From NCBI GenBank assembly GCA_964549355.1, contig CAZJUS010000019.1:1-16317 (forward strand): a stretch of 16,317 bases of DNA. The letters run 5' to 3'. This DNA is from Candidatus Undinarchaeota archaeon. GTDB lineage: Archaea; SpSt-1190. Of the stretch, positions 6,402 through 14,707 are shown one piece after another. Each line of letters begins with the position of its first letter. Position 1 is the stretch's first letter. The notes beneath the pieces are model-generated. The model saw only the letters and a list, made by a program, of their open reading frames with translations, was not told the DNA's origin and did no database searches. The position numbers and the translations under genes are program-made.

Positions 6402-6686
6402 TCACTTTTGCAGTTCCTTAAGTCTTTTTTCAATGGCTTTTTTTTCAGCTTCAAGGTATTTCACTTCGTCATCTTTTGAAACTGCAACCTGCGGGACCGG
6501 TGCACCCCTGCCGAAGCCTCTTCCGAAGCCTCTTCCGAAGCCTCTTCCGAAGCCTCTGCCCAGGCCTCTGCCAGCCCCCCTGCCACCATTAAGGTATCCA
6601 GGAGTGTCGTGGCCAGTGCATAAACCCATGGCTCTGCCGGTTTTCGGCCCTTTTCCTTCAGGTCCTGTTCTGTCTCCATACGGCAT
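6402..6686 (-). CDS. DUF5320-family Gly/Arg-rich small protein
   Basis: MPYGDRTGPEGKGPKTGRAMGLC N-terminus, GRGF repeats and a C-terminal coiled coil (EVKYLEAEKKAIEKRLKEL). SD GGAGGTGG at 6692-6699 (minus). Confidence 0.88.
   Translation of the reverse strand: MPYGDRTGPEGKGPKTGRAMGLCTGHDTPGYLNGGRGAGRGLGRGFGRGFGRGFGRGFGRGAPVPQVAVSKDDEVKYLEAEKKAIEKRLKELQK
6511..6570. repeat. 12-bp coding tandem repeat (CCGAAGCCTCTT x3, plus 2 degenerate units) encoding RGFG
   Basis: Units start at 6511, 6523 and 6535 (identical), 6547 (CCGAAGCCTCTG) and 6559 (CCCAGGCCTCTG). Confidence 0.9.
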
Positions 6687-6725
6687 TTACTCCACCTCCA
6701 TTATGAATAAGTATTTATTTTAATA

Positions 6726-6733
6726 TTTATAAA
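6726..6733 (-). promoter_or_regulatory. TATA box of the DUF5320-DUF134 operon
   Basis: TTTATAAA preceded on the minus strand by BRE-like AGAAATC, about 40 nt upstream of ATG 6686, leaving room for the SD. Confidence 0.6.
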
Positions 6734-6800
6734 GATTTCTAATTATAATTCATTACATCCCCGGTGGAAGCCTAATATACCAGCAGGAGTAAGCCAGGAT

Positions 6801-8459
6801 ATGCAGAACATCATAATCAAGCATGTCCTGGCCAACCAGCTGAAATACGGCAAAGCGGATGTAAAATCTGTGGTTGCCAAAATTTTAGGGGAGATGCCTG
6901 AAGCCAAGAAGCGGGCAAAACAGGTGGTCGAGGATGTAAAAAAGGCGGTCAAGGAATATGAGAATCTTGCAAAAAACGAAATTGAAAGCCTGCTGGAGGG
7001 CATCGCTCCGGAGATGCTGGAGAAGAAGGCAAAGGTTGCGGAGCGCAAGGAACTGCCGGAGCTCGAGGGGGCCGAAACGGGGAAAGTCAGGCTCAGGCTT
7101 CCGCCGGAGCCGAACGGCTACCTGCATATCGGGCATGGCCTGAGCTTCACCATGAACTACATGTATGCCAAGAAATACGGCGGAAAGCTTGTGCTGAAAC
7201 TGGAGGACAACAACCCCGCCACCACCCGGCCGCATTTCTACGGGGAAATCCAGAAGGACATCCGCTGGCTCGGCATTGAATGGGATGAATTGTTCATTTT
7301 GTCGGAGCATCTTGGTGAATTGGAAGGTGCAGCTGAGAAGCTTATCCGCGCAGGCAAGGCCTATGTATGCAGATGCCCGGCGGACAAAATAAAAAAGGGG
7401 CGGATGCACAAGGAAGCGGATGCCTGCCGTGGAAACAGCAGGGCGGAAAACCTGGAGCTTTGGAGTGCAATGAAATCCGGCGAAAAACTGGTGCTCAGGT
7501 GGAAGGGGGACCCGGCCTCCGACAATTCTGTCCTGAGGGACCCAACACTCTACAGGGTTATTGACCAAGTCCACCCCTGGATTGAAGAAAACCGCATGGT
7601 ATACCCTACCTATGATTTGGCCAGCTCAGCTACGGACGGCATGCTGGCAATCACCCATGTGCTCAGGAGTGAAGAGTTTTTGATGCGGGCCCCTCTCCAC
7701 AGGGAGATAATACAATCACTGGGCCATGCCCCTCCCTTTTACGTTCACTTTGGAAGGTTCAACCTTGAGGGGGCGCCGACAAGCAAGAGGCTCATCCGCT
7801 CCTTGGTTGAAAGCAAAAAGGTTATTGGATGGGACGACCCGAGGCTGGCCACCCTCATGGGCCTGCGGAGGCGGGGCATAGTCCCTGAAACCTTCGCCGA
7901 TCTGGTCCTTGCAACGGGCCCGTACAAAGGTTCAAGCACCATAGACAGAAAACTGCTCGAAGGCTACAACCGCAAGCACCTGGACCCTGTGGCGGAGAGA
8001 TACTTCGTGCTCAAGGACGCAGTAAAACTCAGGCTGGAAGGCCCAAAGGATGCAGTGGCCAGGATAAGCAAACTGCCGGGAAACGACGAGGCGGGCTTCA
8101 GAGAGCTCAAACCTGCAGGCCATATCTGGATTGAAAAATCCGATTTTGAGCAGAACAAGGGGGGCGTGCTGAGGCTCAAGGGGCTCTACAATATCAGGCT
8201 GGAAGGAAGGAAGGCGGTCCATGCCGAAGGGGAGCCTGTCAGGCCGATCATCCACTGGCTGGGTGAATATATTGAAGGAAGCCTGATGATGATGGAGCCG
8301 GAAAAAAACAGGGAGCTGAACGAAAAACTAAAGACAATAAAGGTTATGGCCGAACCCGGAATTGTGAATGCCGGAAGCGATATAATCCAGATGGAGCGCT
8401 TTGGATTTGCACATATAGAAAACCGGAAGCCCCTGAAAATGATATTCGTGTCCAAATAA
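6801..8459 (+). CDS. gltX: Glutamate--tRNA ligase (archaeal type)
   Basis: Archaeal N-terminal domain (HVLANQLKYGKA), RLPPEPNGYLHIGH (HIGH motif), YPTYD, ITHVLRSEE, KMSKS-equivalent PTSKR, GWDDPRLATL and QMERFGF. Confidence 0.97.
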   Translation: MQNIIIKHVLANQLKYGKADVKSVVAKILGEMPEAKKRAKQVVEDVKKAVKEYENLAKNEIESLLEGIAPEMLEKKAKVAERKELPELEGAETGKVRLRLPPEPNGYLHIGHGLSFTMNYMYAKKYGGKLVLKLEDNNPATTRPHFYGEIQKDIRWLGIEWDELFILSEHLGELEGAAEKLIRAGKAYVCRCPADKIKKGRMHKEADACRGNSRAENLELWSAMKSGEKLVLRWKGDPASDNSVLRDPTLYRVIDQVHPWIEENRMVYPTYDLASSATDGMLAITHVLRSEEFLMRAPLHREIIQSLGHAPPFYVHFGRFNLEGAPTSKRLIRSLVESKKVIGWDDPRLATLMGLRRRGIVPETFADLVLATGPYKGSSTIDRKLLEGYNRKHLDPVAERYFVLKDAVKLRLEGPKDAVARISKLPGNDEAGFRELKPAGHIWIEKSDFEQNKGGVLRLKGLYNIRLEGRKAVHAEGEPVRPIIHWLGEYIEGSLMMMEPEKNRELNEKLKTIKVMAEPGIVNAGSDIIQMERFGFAHIENRKPLKMIFVSK

Positions 8460-8483
8460 TGTGAATTTACGGAGTAGGAGGGT

Positions 8484-9506
8484 GTGAATGTGAAAGAAGC
8501 CATGTTCTGGAAACAGGCCGGAGACGACAAAGTTTTGTGTGAATTGTGCCCCCGTTCATGTGTATTGTCAGACGGTGAATTCGGTGAATGCGGTGCAAGA
8601 AAAGCTGAAGGGGGAAAATTGTTCACTGCCAACTGGAGCAATGTGGTGAGCCTGGCGGTGGACCCTATTGAAAAAAAGCCCCTGTTCCATTTCTGGCCGG
8701 GCTCAAGAGTGCTGTCCATCGCACTGCCGGGATGCAATCTGCACTGCAAATTCTGCCAGAACTGGCAGATAAGCCAGGAAAGGCCGGAGCCGGATGCGGA
8801 GACGGAGCCAGAGGAGATAGTGGAGCTGGCCGTCAAAAACTTCAAGTGCCAGGGAATCGCATACACCTATTCAGAGCCGACAGTCTTCTATGAATTCGCC
8901 TACGAGACCGCCAAGCTGGCCAAGGAAAGGGGGCTGTATAATGTATGGGTCAGCAACGGCATGATGAACCCGGAGCCCATCCGCAAGATTTGCAAAGTCA
9001 TTGATGCTGTGAACATAGACTTGAAAGCTTTCAGGGATGATTTCTACAAAGGAGTCTGCGGAGGCACCGGGCTCCAGCCCGTCCTGAACGCCATAAAAGA
9101 ATTCCACAAAAACAAAGTCTGGATGGAACTGACAACATTGATAATCCCCGGCCTGAACGACAATGAAAATGAAATAAGGCAAATGGTGGATTGGATAGCC
9201 GATTTGGACAAAGGCATTCCGCTCCACCTGAGCAGGTTTCACCCCGACTACAAAATGAAATATCTGAAGCCCACCCCGGAAGACACCCTTGAAAAAATCG
9301 CAGGGATTGCAAAAAGCAGGCTGGACCACGTGTACATCGGGAATGTCCTGAACTCTACCTGGGAAAACACCTACTGTGCAAACTGCGGAACGCTTCTTCT
9401 GTGGAGGAGGGGGTATGTGCTGGCCAAAAATGAAATCAGGGAAGACGGAACCTGCCCGAAATGCGGGTGCAAGGCCCCAATAATCGGAAACATAATAAAG
9501 GCTTAA
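8484..9506 (+). CDS. amrS: AmmeMemoRadiSam system radical SAM enzyme (PFL-activase-like)
   Basis: CELCPRSC...CGAR, DPIEKKPLFHF, GCNLHCKFCQNWQISQ (CxxxCxxC), YTYSEP, NIDLK, RFHPDY and C-terminal CxxC pairs. SD AGGAGGG. Confidence 0.93.
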   Translation: MNVKEAMFWKQAGDDKVLCELCPRSCVLSDGEFGECGARKAEGGKLFTANWSNVVSLAVDPIEKKPLFHFWPGSRVLSIALPGCNLHCKFCQNWQISQERPEPDAETEPEEIVELAVKNFKCQGIAYTYSEPTVFYEFAYETAKLAKERGLYNVWVSNGMMNPEPIRKICKVIDAVNIDLKAFRDDFYKGVCGGTGLQPVLNAIKEFHKNKVWMELTTLIIPGLNDNENEIRQMVDWIADLDKGIPLHLSRFHPDYKMKYLKPTPEDTLEKIAGIAKSRLDHVYIGNVLNSTWENTYCANCGTLLLWRRGYVLAKNEIREDGTCPKCGCKAPIIGNIIKA

Positions 9507-9507
9507 A

Positions 9508-9903
9508 ATGGGATTTTCCATGATAGAAGCACGCTTCATAATTGAATCACAGGGCAAGCCTGCCAGCTATGTCAATAATTCACTCAAGAAACACATAGAA
9601 GCTATGAAAGGGCTGAATGGCCTGGAGCTGTTCGACATCAACTTTGAAGAGGCGGAAGAAGTGGACAAGGGCATTTTTTCCGCGCTGGTGGATACAGGAG
9701 TGAAGGCTGAAGACTTTGAGACCTTCTTCGCTGCCATACTGGGATTCGCCCCAACAGCAGTCATTGTGCAGAAACCCGAAAAGCTTACAGTCCACATGCG
9801 TGAACTGCAGAACATTGCGAATGATGTAATTACCATGTTCCACCGCTTTGCGCAGGCCAATGAACTCCTCCGGAGAAAGGCCGGGCTGAAGCAGCTGAAG
9901 TGA
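9508..9903 (+). CDS. Hypothetical protein (alpha/beta, C-terminal helix)
   Basis: 131-aa ORF starting 1 nt after the amrS stop, with natural composition (IEARFIIESQGKP...FAPTAVIVQKPE). It converges on topA. The start could be ATG 9520. Confidence 0.8.
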   Translation: MGFSMIEARFIIESQGKPASYVNNSLKKHIEAMKGLNGLELFDINFEEAEEVDKGIFSALVDTGVKAEDFETFFAAILGFAPTAVIVQKPEKLTVHMRELQNIANDVITMFHRFAQANELLRRKAGLKQLK

Positions 9904-9908
9904 TTCAC

Positions 9909-11927
9909 TTATTTGAACCCGTGCTCAATGCAAAGTGTGAATTGTGCGTCCCTGCGCTTGATTTGAATTTTTTTGAATCCGCATTTCGGAACGGGGCATT
10001 TTTCTTTCAGCACTGTGAGGGTGCCCCGCTGGGGAAGCCCCCATGTCCTATTGCACCCTGTGCATGCTGCATACCTCTTATCGTTGCGGGAGACCACCTG
10101 GACCACCTCCTTGCCGCAGTCCGGGCATGCGCCGAAAATTATCCTCGGCTTTTCAGCAGATCCCGCCGTTTTTCTGCCTTTTTTCGGGGCAAATTTGGAC
10201 GGGGCCGGCTTGACGCCCCCGGACATCAGTTTTCTGCCCACTTCAAGCTCCCTCCGCTTGAAATTTTCAAGAAGCTTCACGAGTTCTTTTCTGCCGTCCT
10301 CCAAAACCTTGTCCATGTCCTCACTGCCTTCCTGAATTTTCTCCATCCGCTCCTCAAACTGCCGGGTGAGCTCAACAGACAGCAGGTCGGGAACAACATC
10401 CTCAAGTGCGGACACAACATTCTCGCCGAGGGGCCGGACCTTGATGCTTTTGCCCTCAATATAACCGCGGGCGTAAAGGGTTTGTATGATATCGGCCCGG
10501 GTTGCTTTGGTTCCAAGCCCCAGTTTCTCCATCTGCTTCAGAAGCCCTGCTTCAGTGAATCTTTTGGGCGGGTTCCTTTGTTCACGGTTCAGCTGAATGT
10601 AGTCAACGGACAAGGCATCGCCCGGCTTGACAGAAGGTGCTTTGACTTCCTTCAGCCCGAGGGGATAAATTTCAGTGAATCCTTTCTTCACTGTTTTCTG
10701 ACCTTCAATTGTGAATGCCACTCCACTCAAATCAAGGGTAATCCGGGTGCTCTCCCTTACTGCAGGGTCCGAGAAGCTGGCAACGAATCTCCTTGCAATG
10801 AGCTCATAGACTTTGCGCTGTTTGATGTCGGGGTCGGATAGCTTTTCCCCGGTCGGATAAATTGCAGGATGGGCAGGGTCTTTCTTTTTGCCCTTCGCCG
10901 GCTTCCTGCCCAGAAGGCCGGTAGACTGCGGAATAAAGTAGGAAAGGGATTTCAAAATAGAGTCCGTGTCCAGCTCCTTGGGCAGTTCATGGCTTGAGGT
11001 CCTTGGATAGCTTATGGCCCCGGCTTCATAGAGCTTCTGGGCCAAATCAAGGGTTTCCTTTGGGGTCAGCTTGTATACCCTGCTGGCCTCTGTCTGGAGG
11101 TCTGTCAGGTTGAAGGGCGGCCGGGGCGAAAGCTCACGCCTCTTCTTCTCCACATCCACAACCCTTGCAGGACCTTTTGCTTTTGTGAATGCATCCAGGG
11201 CCTCCCTGACATCCTCGAACTCGCCGTCTTTGGCTTCATATTCACTTTCAATCAAAGCGGATAAAGTGTAGTAGAATTTTGAACTGAAGTTCTTTATCTC
11301 CCGTTCACGGTCCACCAGAATTTTAAGGGCTGGACCCTGCACCCTCCCCGTTGACAGCACTTTGAAGTTCCCGGTGCGCTTAATGGAGTGAATGAGGGCC
11401 CGGGACATATTGATTCCCCAGTACCAATCGAGATAATGGCGGGTGATGCCTGCCTTCGCCAGCCCCACCTCAAAGCTGTTGTGGACGTGGGCGCCTTCGT
11501 ATGATTTTTTCAGCTCGTCCTTGGTGAGAGTCGAGAATTTCATGCGGAGTGCCTTTTCAGGGTGCTTCAGTTTGGCTGCAAATTTGAGGATGTTGAAGCC
11601 AATAACTCCTCCCTCGCGGTCGTAGTCGGTCGCAATTATTATCTCATCGGCTTGTTTGGAAAGCTTCTCAAGATTTTTTATGTAGTCCTTGGCGTATTCA
11701 AACCCTTTCCGGCGGGACGCCTTCTTCCATTCAACTTCGAAGATGGGATAGTCCCACCCCTCGCGGGAGGGCTCGAGGCCGTAGAGGTGGCCGACTGCAG
11801 GGGCGACGACCAGATCATCAGAGACTTCATAGTAGTAAGCCTTCCCGCTCTTCACTGTGCGGTACCCCCCAAGAGCCTCCGCAATCTTCTTGGCTGCACT
11901 CGGCTTCTCCGAAATTATAAGCTTCAC
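9909..11927 (-). CDS. topA: DNA topoisomerase I (type IA, archaeal)
   Basis: TOPRIM LIISEKPSAA, GHL, ATDYDREG, STGRVQGPAL, catalytic SYPRT, AHPAIYPT, GLGTKATRA and C-terminal Cys-rich Zn ribbons. Confidence 0.97.
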   Translation of the reverse strand: MKLIISEKPSAAKKIAEALGGYRTVKSGKAYYYEVSDDLVVAPAVGHLYGLEPSREGWDYPIFEVEWKKASRRKGFEYAKDYIKNLEKLSKQADEIIIATDYDREGGVIGFNILKFAAKLKHPEKALRMKFSTLTKDELKKSYEGAHVHNSFEVGLAKAGITRHYLDWYWGINMSRALIHSIKRTGNFKVLSTGRVQGPALKILVDREREIKNFSSKFYYTLSALIESEYEAKDGEFEDVREALDAFTKAKGPARVVDVEKKRRELSPRPPFNLTDLQTEASRVYKLTPKETLDLAQKLYEAGAISYPRTSSHELPKELDTDSILKSLSYFIPQSTGLLGRKPAKGKKKDPAHPAIYPTGEKLSDPDIKQRKVYELIARRFVASFSDPAVRESTRITLDLSGVAFTIEGQKTVKKGFTEIYPLGLKEVKAPSVKPGDALSVDYIQLNREQRNPPKRFTEAGLLKQMEKLGLGTKATRADIIQTLYARGYIEGKSIKVRPLGENVVSALEDVVPDLLSVELTRQFEERMEKIQEGSEDMDKVLEDGRKELVKLLENFKRRELEVGRKLMSGGVKPAPSKFAPKKGRKTAGSAEKPRIIFGACPDCGKEVVQVVSRNDKRYAACTGCNRTWGLPQRGTLTVLKEKCPVPKCGFKKIQIKRRDAQFTLCIEHGFK

Positions 11928-11946
11928 ACAAGTATCCGCTGAACCT

Positions 11947-11989
11947 CATAAATAAACCGTTGGCATCGGCGTGGAAAGTTCTTATAAAT
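11947..11989. promoter_or_regulatory. Divergent TATA boxes for topA (minus) and aglB (plus)
   Basis: TTTATTTATG on minus at about 11947-11956, about 20 nt before GTG 11927. GAAAG (BRE-like) plus TTATAAAT at 11982-11989, 21 nt before ATG 12010. Confidence 0.65.
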
Positions 11990-12009
11990 ATTCAAAACTG
12001 CATCAAGGA

Positions 12010-14067
12010 ATGAAGCTCAAGCGCTGGTGGGACTCCGGGCTTTTGGTGATAATTGCGCTTATCCTGGCAACGGCAATCCGCCTGAACGGCCTCGAGGGCA
12101 CCTATGTGCGGGCTTTTGACCCTTTCTTTTTCTGGAGGGTGTCCCAGAGCATCTGGGACACGGGAAGCTGGGAGATGAATGACACCCTCAGGTATTTCCC
12201 ATACGGCTGGGACTCGAATGATGTCGCACCCGCCCTGCCCCACTCAATGGTCCTTCTGGGCAGGGTTGCAGGAGACCTGAAGGCGGGGGTGAGGTGGTTT
12301 CCCTACTTTTTCGGGGCGTTGAGCATACTGGCGATGGCCATGCTCGGCCGAAAATTCGGGGTCTCGGGGCTGGCGGCTCTTGTGCTCGCAGTCATACCTG
12401 CATACATCTACAGGACTTCCGAAGGCTTCGCAGACAAAGAGCCTCTTGCACTCTTCCTGGGCCTGCTGGGCTGGTACTTTATGGTGAATGCTCTTGAAAA
12501 CAAGAGCTGGACGGATGCAGTATATGCAGGCCTGAGCTTCGGCTTCATTGTGGGGGTGTGGGGGGGCAAAATCCTGTTCGTCCTTTCCCTGGTGCCGTTG
12601 GCTGCAGTCCTGGCCCTCAAAGAAAAACATGAAAGCCTGTTCTACATCGGCATTTCCATGGCAGTCTACCAGCTCCTGCATTTCTCAGTCCCAAGGTACC
12701 GGCATTTCCTTGCAGACCCTTTCTCGCTGATAGTAATCGGGCTGGCATCATTCTTCATACTGCTTCATTTGGTCTACATCAATCCACGGTGGGAGAAATT
12801 CGGCAGGAACCGCCTCTGGGCCTGCGTCGGCGCAGGAGTCGTGCTGCTGATGCTGCTCTCATTCGTGAAGTTCAACGACCCCCTTTATGTCATCCAGCGG
12901 GGCGCCGACACGGCGATGCAGGCCTTCAAATCTTCATCGGCCATACACCACTACCAGACAGTCCAGGAGAATGCACGGCCGACATGGTCATGGAGCCTGA
13001 AGAGCAACAGCTTCTGGCAGCAGATGGGCATGTTCTTCTTCCTGGCGGTGCCCGCCGTCTATTTCCTTGTGAATGGGAAAGACGACAAGGAGATGCTGCT
13101 GGGCTCGCTGGCGGCTTCAGGCATCTATGCCGGGTTTGCTGCAATCCGGCTCTTTGTATTCACGGCGCTTGGGGTGTCCCTGGCTTCCGCATACATAATC
13201 TCCAAATTCCTGGAAAACAAGGAGGTCATGGTCAAAGTTTCAGGCCTGCTGCTGATTGGCCTGTCATTCTACCTGATTTATCCGGGGACCATGGGCAGCA
13301 TGAACACTGCAAAATACGCCAGCCTGACAGGGACATGGTATGAAAACCTGAAATGGATGGAGTTCAATGTCCCGCCGGAGGACCCCATTGTAACCTGGTG
13401 GGACTACGGCTACTGGATACAGACCATAGGCAACCGGACCAGCCTGGGCGACGGCGCCAACATGGCTCCGGGCTACAGGCTCAACTGGCGGACAGGCCAC
13501 TTCTTCGCCACGGGCAACTACACCAACGCAACAGACTGGTTCAACAGCTGGAATCTGAAGTATGTGACTGTGGACTATGCCATGCTGCCGAAATACTTCG
13601 CCTACTCCACTTTGGGGGGCATCAGCAACAGCCTGAACATCCTCAAATACTACAAAAAAATGATGACCGAATTCGGCATGGCTGACGTCTATGTCGGCTA
13701 CTCCGACGACTACCGCGCAGGTGTTGCAGTCGCCCCCATAACCATCGAGGACAAGATATACATCATGCTGGGCGTAATCCAGAACGGGGCCATATCCTGG
13801 AAGGGCGTGGTTGACGAATACGCAATACTGAGCGGAGGAGGCAGGCTGTCATGCGAGCCCATAGGATACTGCAAGTCCGAAAAGTGGGGCAACTACGGGC
13901 TGGTGAACCAGTCGGCCTTCATCTACTGGGGCCAGCAGATAATCCTCGGAGACCAGGACAGCATGCACTCCATTTTTGCCCGGCTCTGGTTCTTTGACGG
14001 CTACGGCACGCAGTTCAAGGAAGTTCTTAATAACGGGGAGTGCAAAACATTTATGAGTGTGGTATAG
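12010..14067 (+). CDS. aglB: Oligosaccharyltransferase AglB (STT3 family)
   Basis: Multi-TM N-domain with FDP, GFADKE (DxE), TVQE (TIxE motif), WWDYGY and DYAMLPK (DK motif). ATG 12010 is preferred over GTG 11971 because a TATA box lies between them. Confidence 0.96.
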   Translation: MKLKRWWDSGLLVIIALILATAIRLNGLEGTYVRAFDPFFFWRVSQSIWDTGSWEMNDTLRYFPYGWDSNDVAPALPHSMVLLGRVAGDLKAGVRWFPYFFGALSILAMAMLGRKFGVSGLAALVLAVIPAYIYRTSEGFADKEPLALFLGLLGWYFMVNALENKSWTDAVYAGLSFGFIVGVWGGKILFVLSLVPLAAVLALKEKHESLFYIGISMAVYQLLHFSVPRYRHFLADPFSLIVIGLASFFILLHLVYINPRWEKFGRNRLWACVGAGVVLLMLLSFVKFNDPLYVIQRGADTAMQAFKSSSAIHHYQTVQENARPTWSWSLKSNSFWQQMGMFFFLAVPAVYFLVNGKDDKEMLLGSLAASGIYAGFAAIRLFVFTALGVSLASAYIISKFLENKEVMVKVSGLLLIGLSFYLIYPGTMGSMNTAKYASLTGTWYENLKWMEFNVPPEDPIVTWWDYGYWIQTIGNRTSLGDGANMAPGYRLNWRTGHFFATGNYTNATDWFNSWNLKYVTVDYAMLPKYFAYSTLGGISNSLNILKYYKKMMTEFGMADVYVGYSDDYRAGVAVAPITIEDKIYIMLGVIQNGAISWKGVVDEYAILSGGGRLSCEPIGYCKSEKWGNYGLVNQSAFIYWGQQIILGDQDSMHSIFARLWFFDGYGTQFKEVLNNGECKTFMSVV

Positions 14068-14115
14068 ATGGTGTCTGTAAATGTGAATGGCAGGGGTTCA
14101 AAGGGGGTGGTGTGA

Positions 14116-14661
14116 ATGGTTGCAATAACAGTCAGCGGAAAAATCGGTTCGGGAAAAACAACCCTTGCAAAACAGCTGGCGCTGAGGCTGAACATGGAAT
14201 ACTTTTCAGTCGGGCGGTGGTTCAGGGAAAAAGCAAAAGAAGCGGGGGTCCCCATTGATGAATTTGTAAAAAACTGCCCGGAGGACATGCATAGGGAAAT
14301 TGACAGCCACATGAAAAAAATCGCAAAAGAAAAAAATGTGGTCCTGGACGCCCGCCTCGCAGGGTGGATGGTGCCGGACGCCGACCTGAAGATTTTTTTG
14401 ACTGCACCCTTCGAGACAAGGGTCGGCAGAATCGCAGAAAGCCATAAAGACCGGATTGCAGAGGCCAGAGAAGGCAACGAAACCTGGACGGACGAAGTGT
14501 CCCGCAGGGAAAAAGAAGAAATCGAAAAATACAAGGAGCTCTACGGCATAGACCTGGAGGACCTCAGCATATATGATTTGGTGCTCAACACTGGCAAGAT
14601 AAGCGCTGAGGATGTCCTTGAAATTGTCGAAGTAATAATAAAGAAGGTAGTAAAACACTGA
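14116..14661 (+). CDS. cmk: Cytidylate kinase, archaeal type
   Basis: ITVSGKIGSGKTTLA P-loop, FREKAKE, DARLAGW, DLKIFLTAP..TRV.RI and YKELYGIDLEDLSIYDLVLNT. SD GGGGGTG. Confidence 0.93.
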   Translation: MVAITVSGKIGSGKTTLAKQLALRLNMEYFSVGRWFREKAKEAGVPIDEFVKNCPEDMHREIDSHMKKIAKEKNVVLDARLAGWMVPDADLKIFLTAPFETRVGRIAESHKDRIAEAREGNETWTDEVSRREKEEIEKYKELYGIDLEDLSIYDLVLNTGKISAEDVLEIVEVIIKKVVKH

Positions 14662-14679
14662 AAACGGCAGGTCAAACTG

Positions 14680-14687
14680 TTTTTAAA
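14680..14687 (+). promoter_or_regulatory. TATA box for the RHH-nucleotidyltransferase gene
   Basis: TTTTAAAT about 21 nt upstream of GTG 14708. Confidence 0.55.
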
Positions 14688-14707
14688 TCTGGGAGGGTTA
14701 TTATTCA

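Noticed and set aside
6511..6570. Tandem repeat considered as a CRISPR array
   Set aside because: The 12-bp units are contiguous with no spacers, lie inside a CDS, and there are no cas genes.
6241..6723. 160-aa plus ORF with PLPK repeats
   Set aside because: It is the antisense reading of the GRGF repeat of the DUF5320 gene, which has the SD and family motif.
6885..9557. Long minus-strand ORFs (229, 226 and 228 aa) opposite gltX and amrS
   Set aside because: Antisense shadows of well-supported genes, with no recognisable domains.
9900..10841. 313-aa plus-strand ORF
   Set aside because: It is entirely antisense to topA, has an unnatural F/L/H/C-rich composition and no motifs. Shadow ORF.
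11971..12009. Longer aglB N-terminus from GTG 11971
   Set aside because: The stretch contains the BRE/TATA promoter. ATG 12010 fits leaderless geometry and precedes the first TM.
12789..13685. Alternative-frame ORFs (184 and 110 aa) inside aglB
   Set aside because: Arg/His/Gly-rich off-frame products expected from GC3-rich coding DNA.
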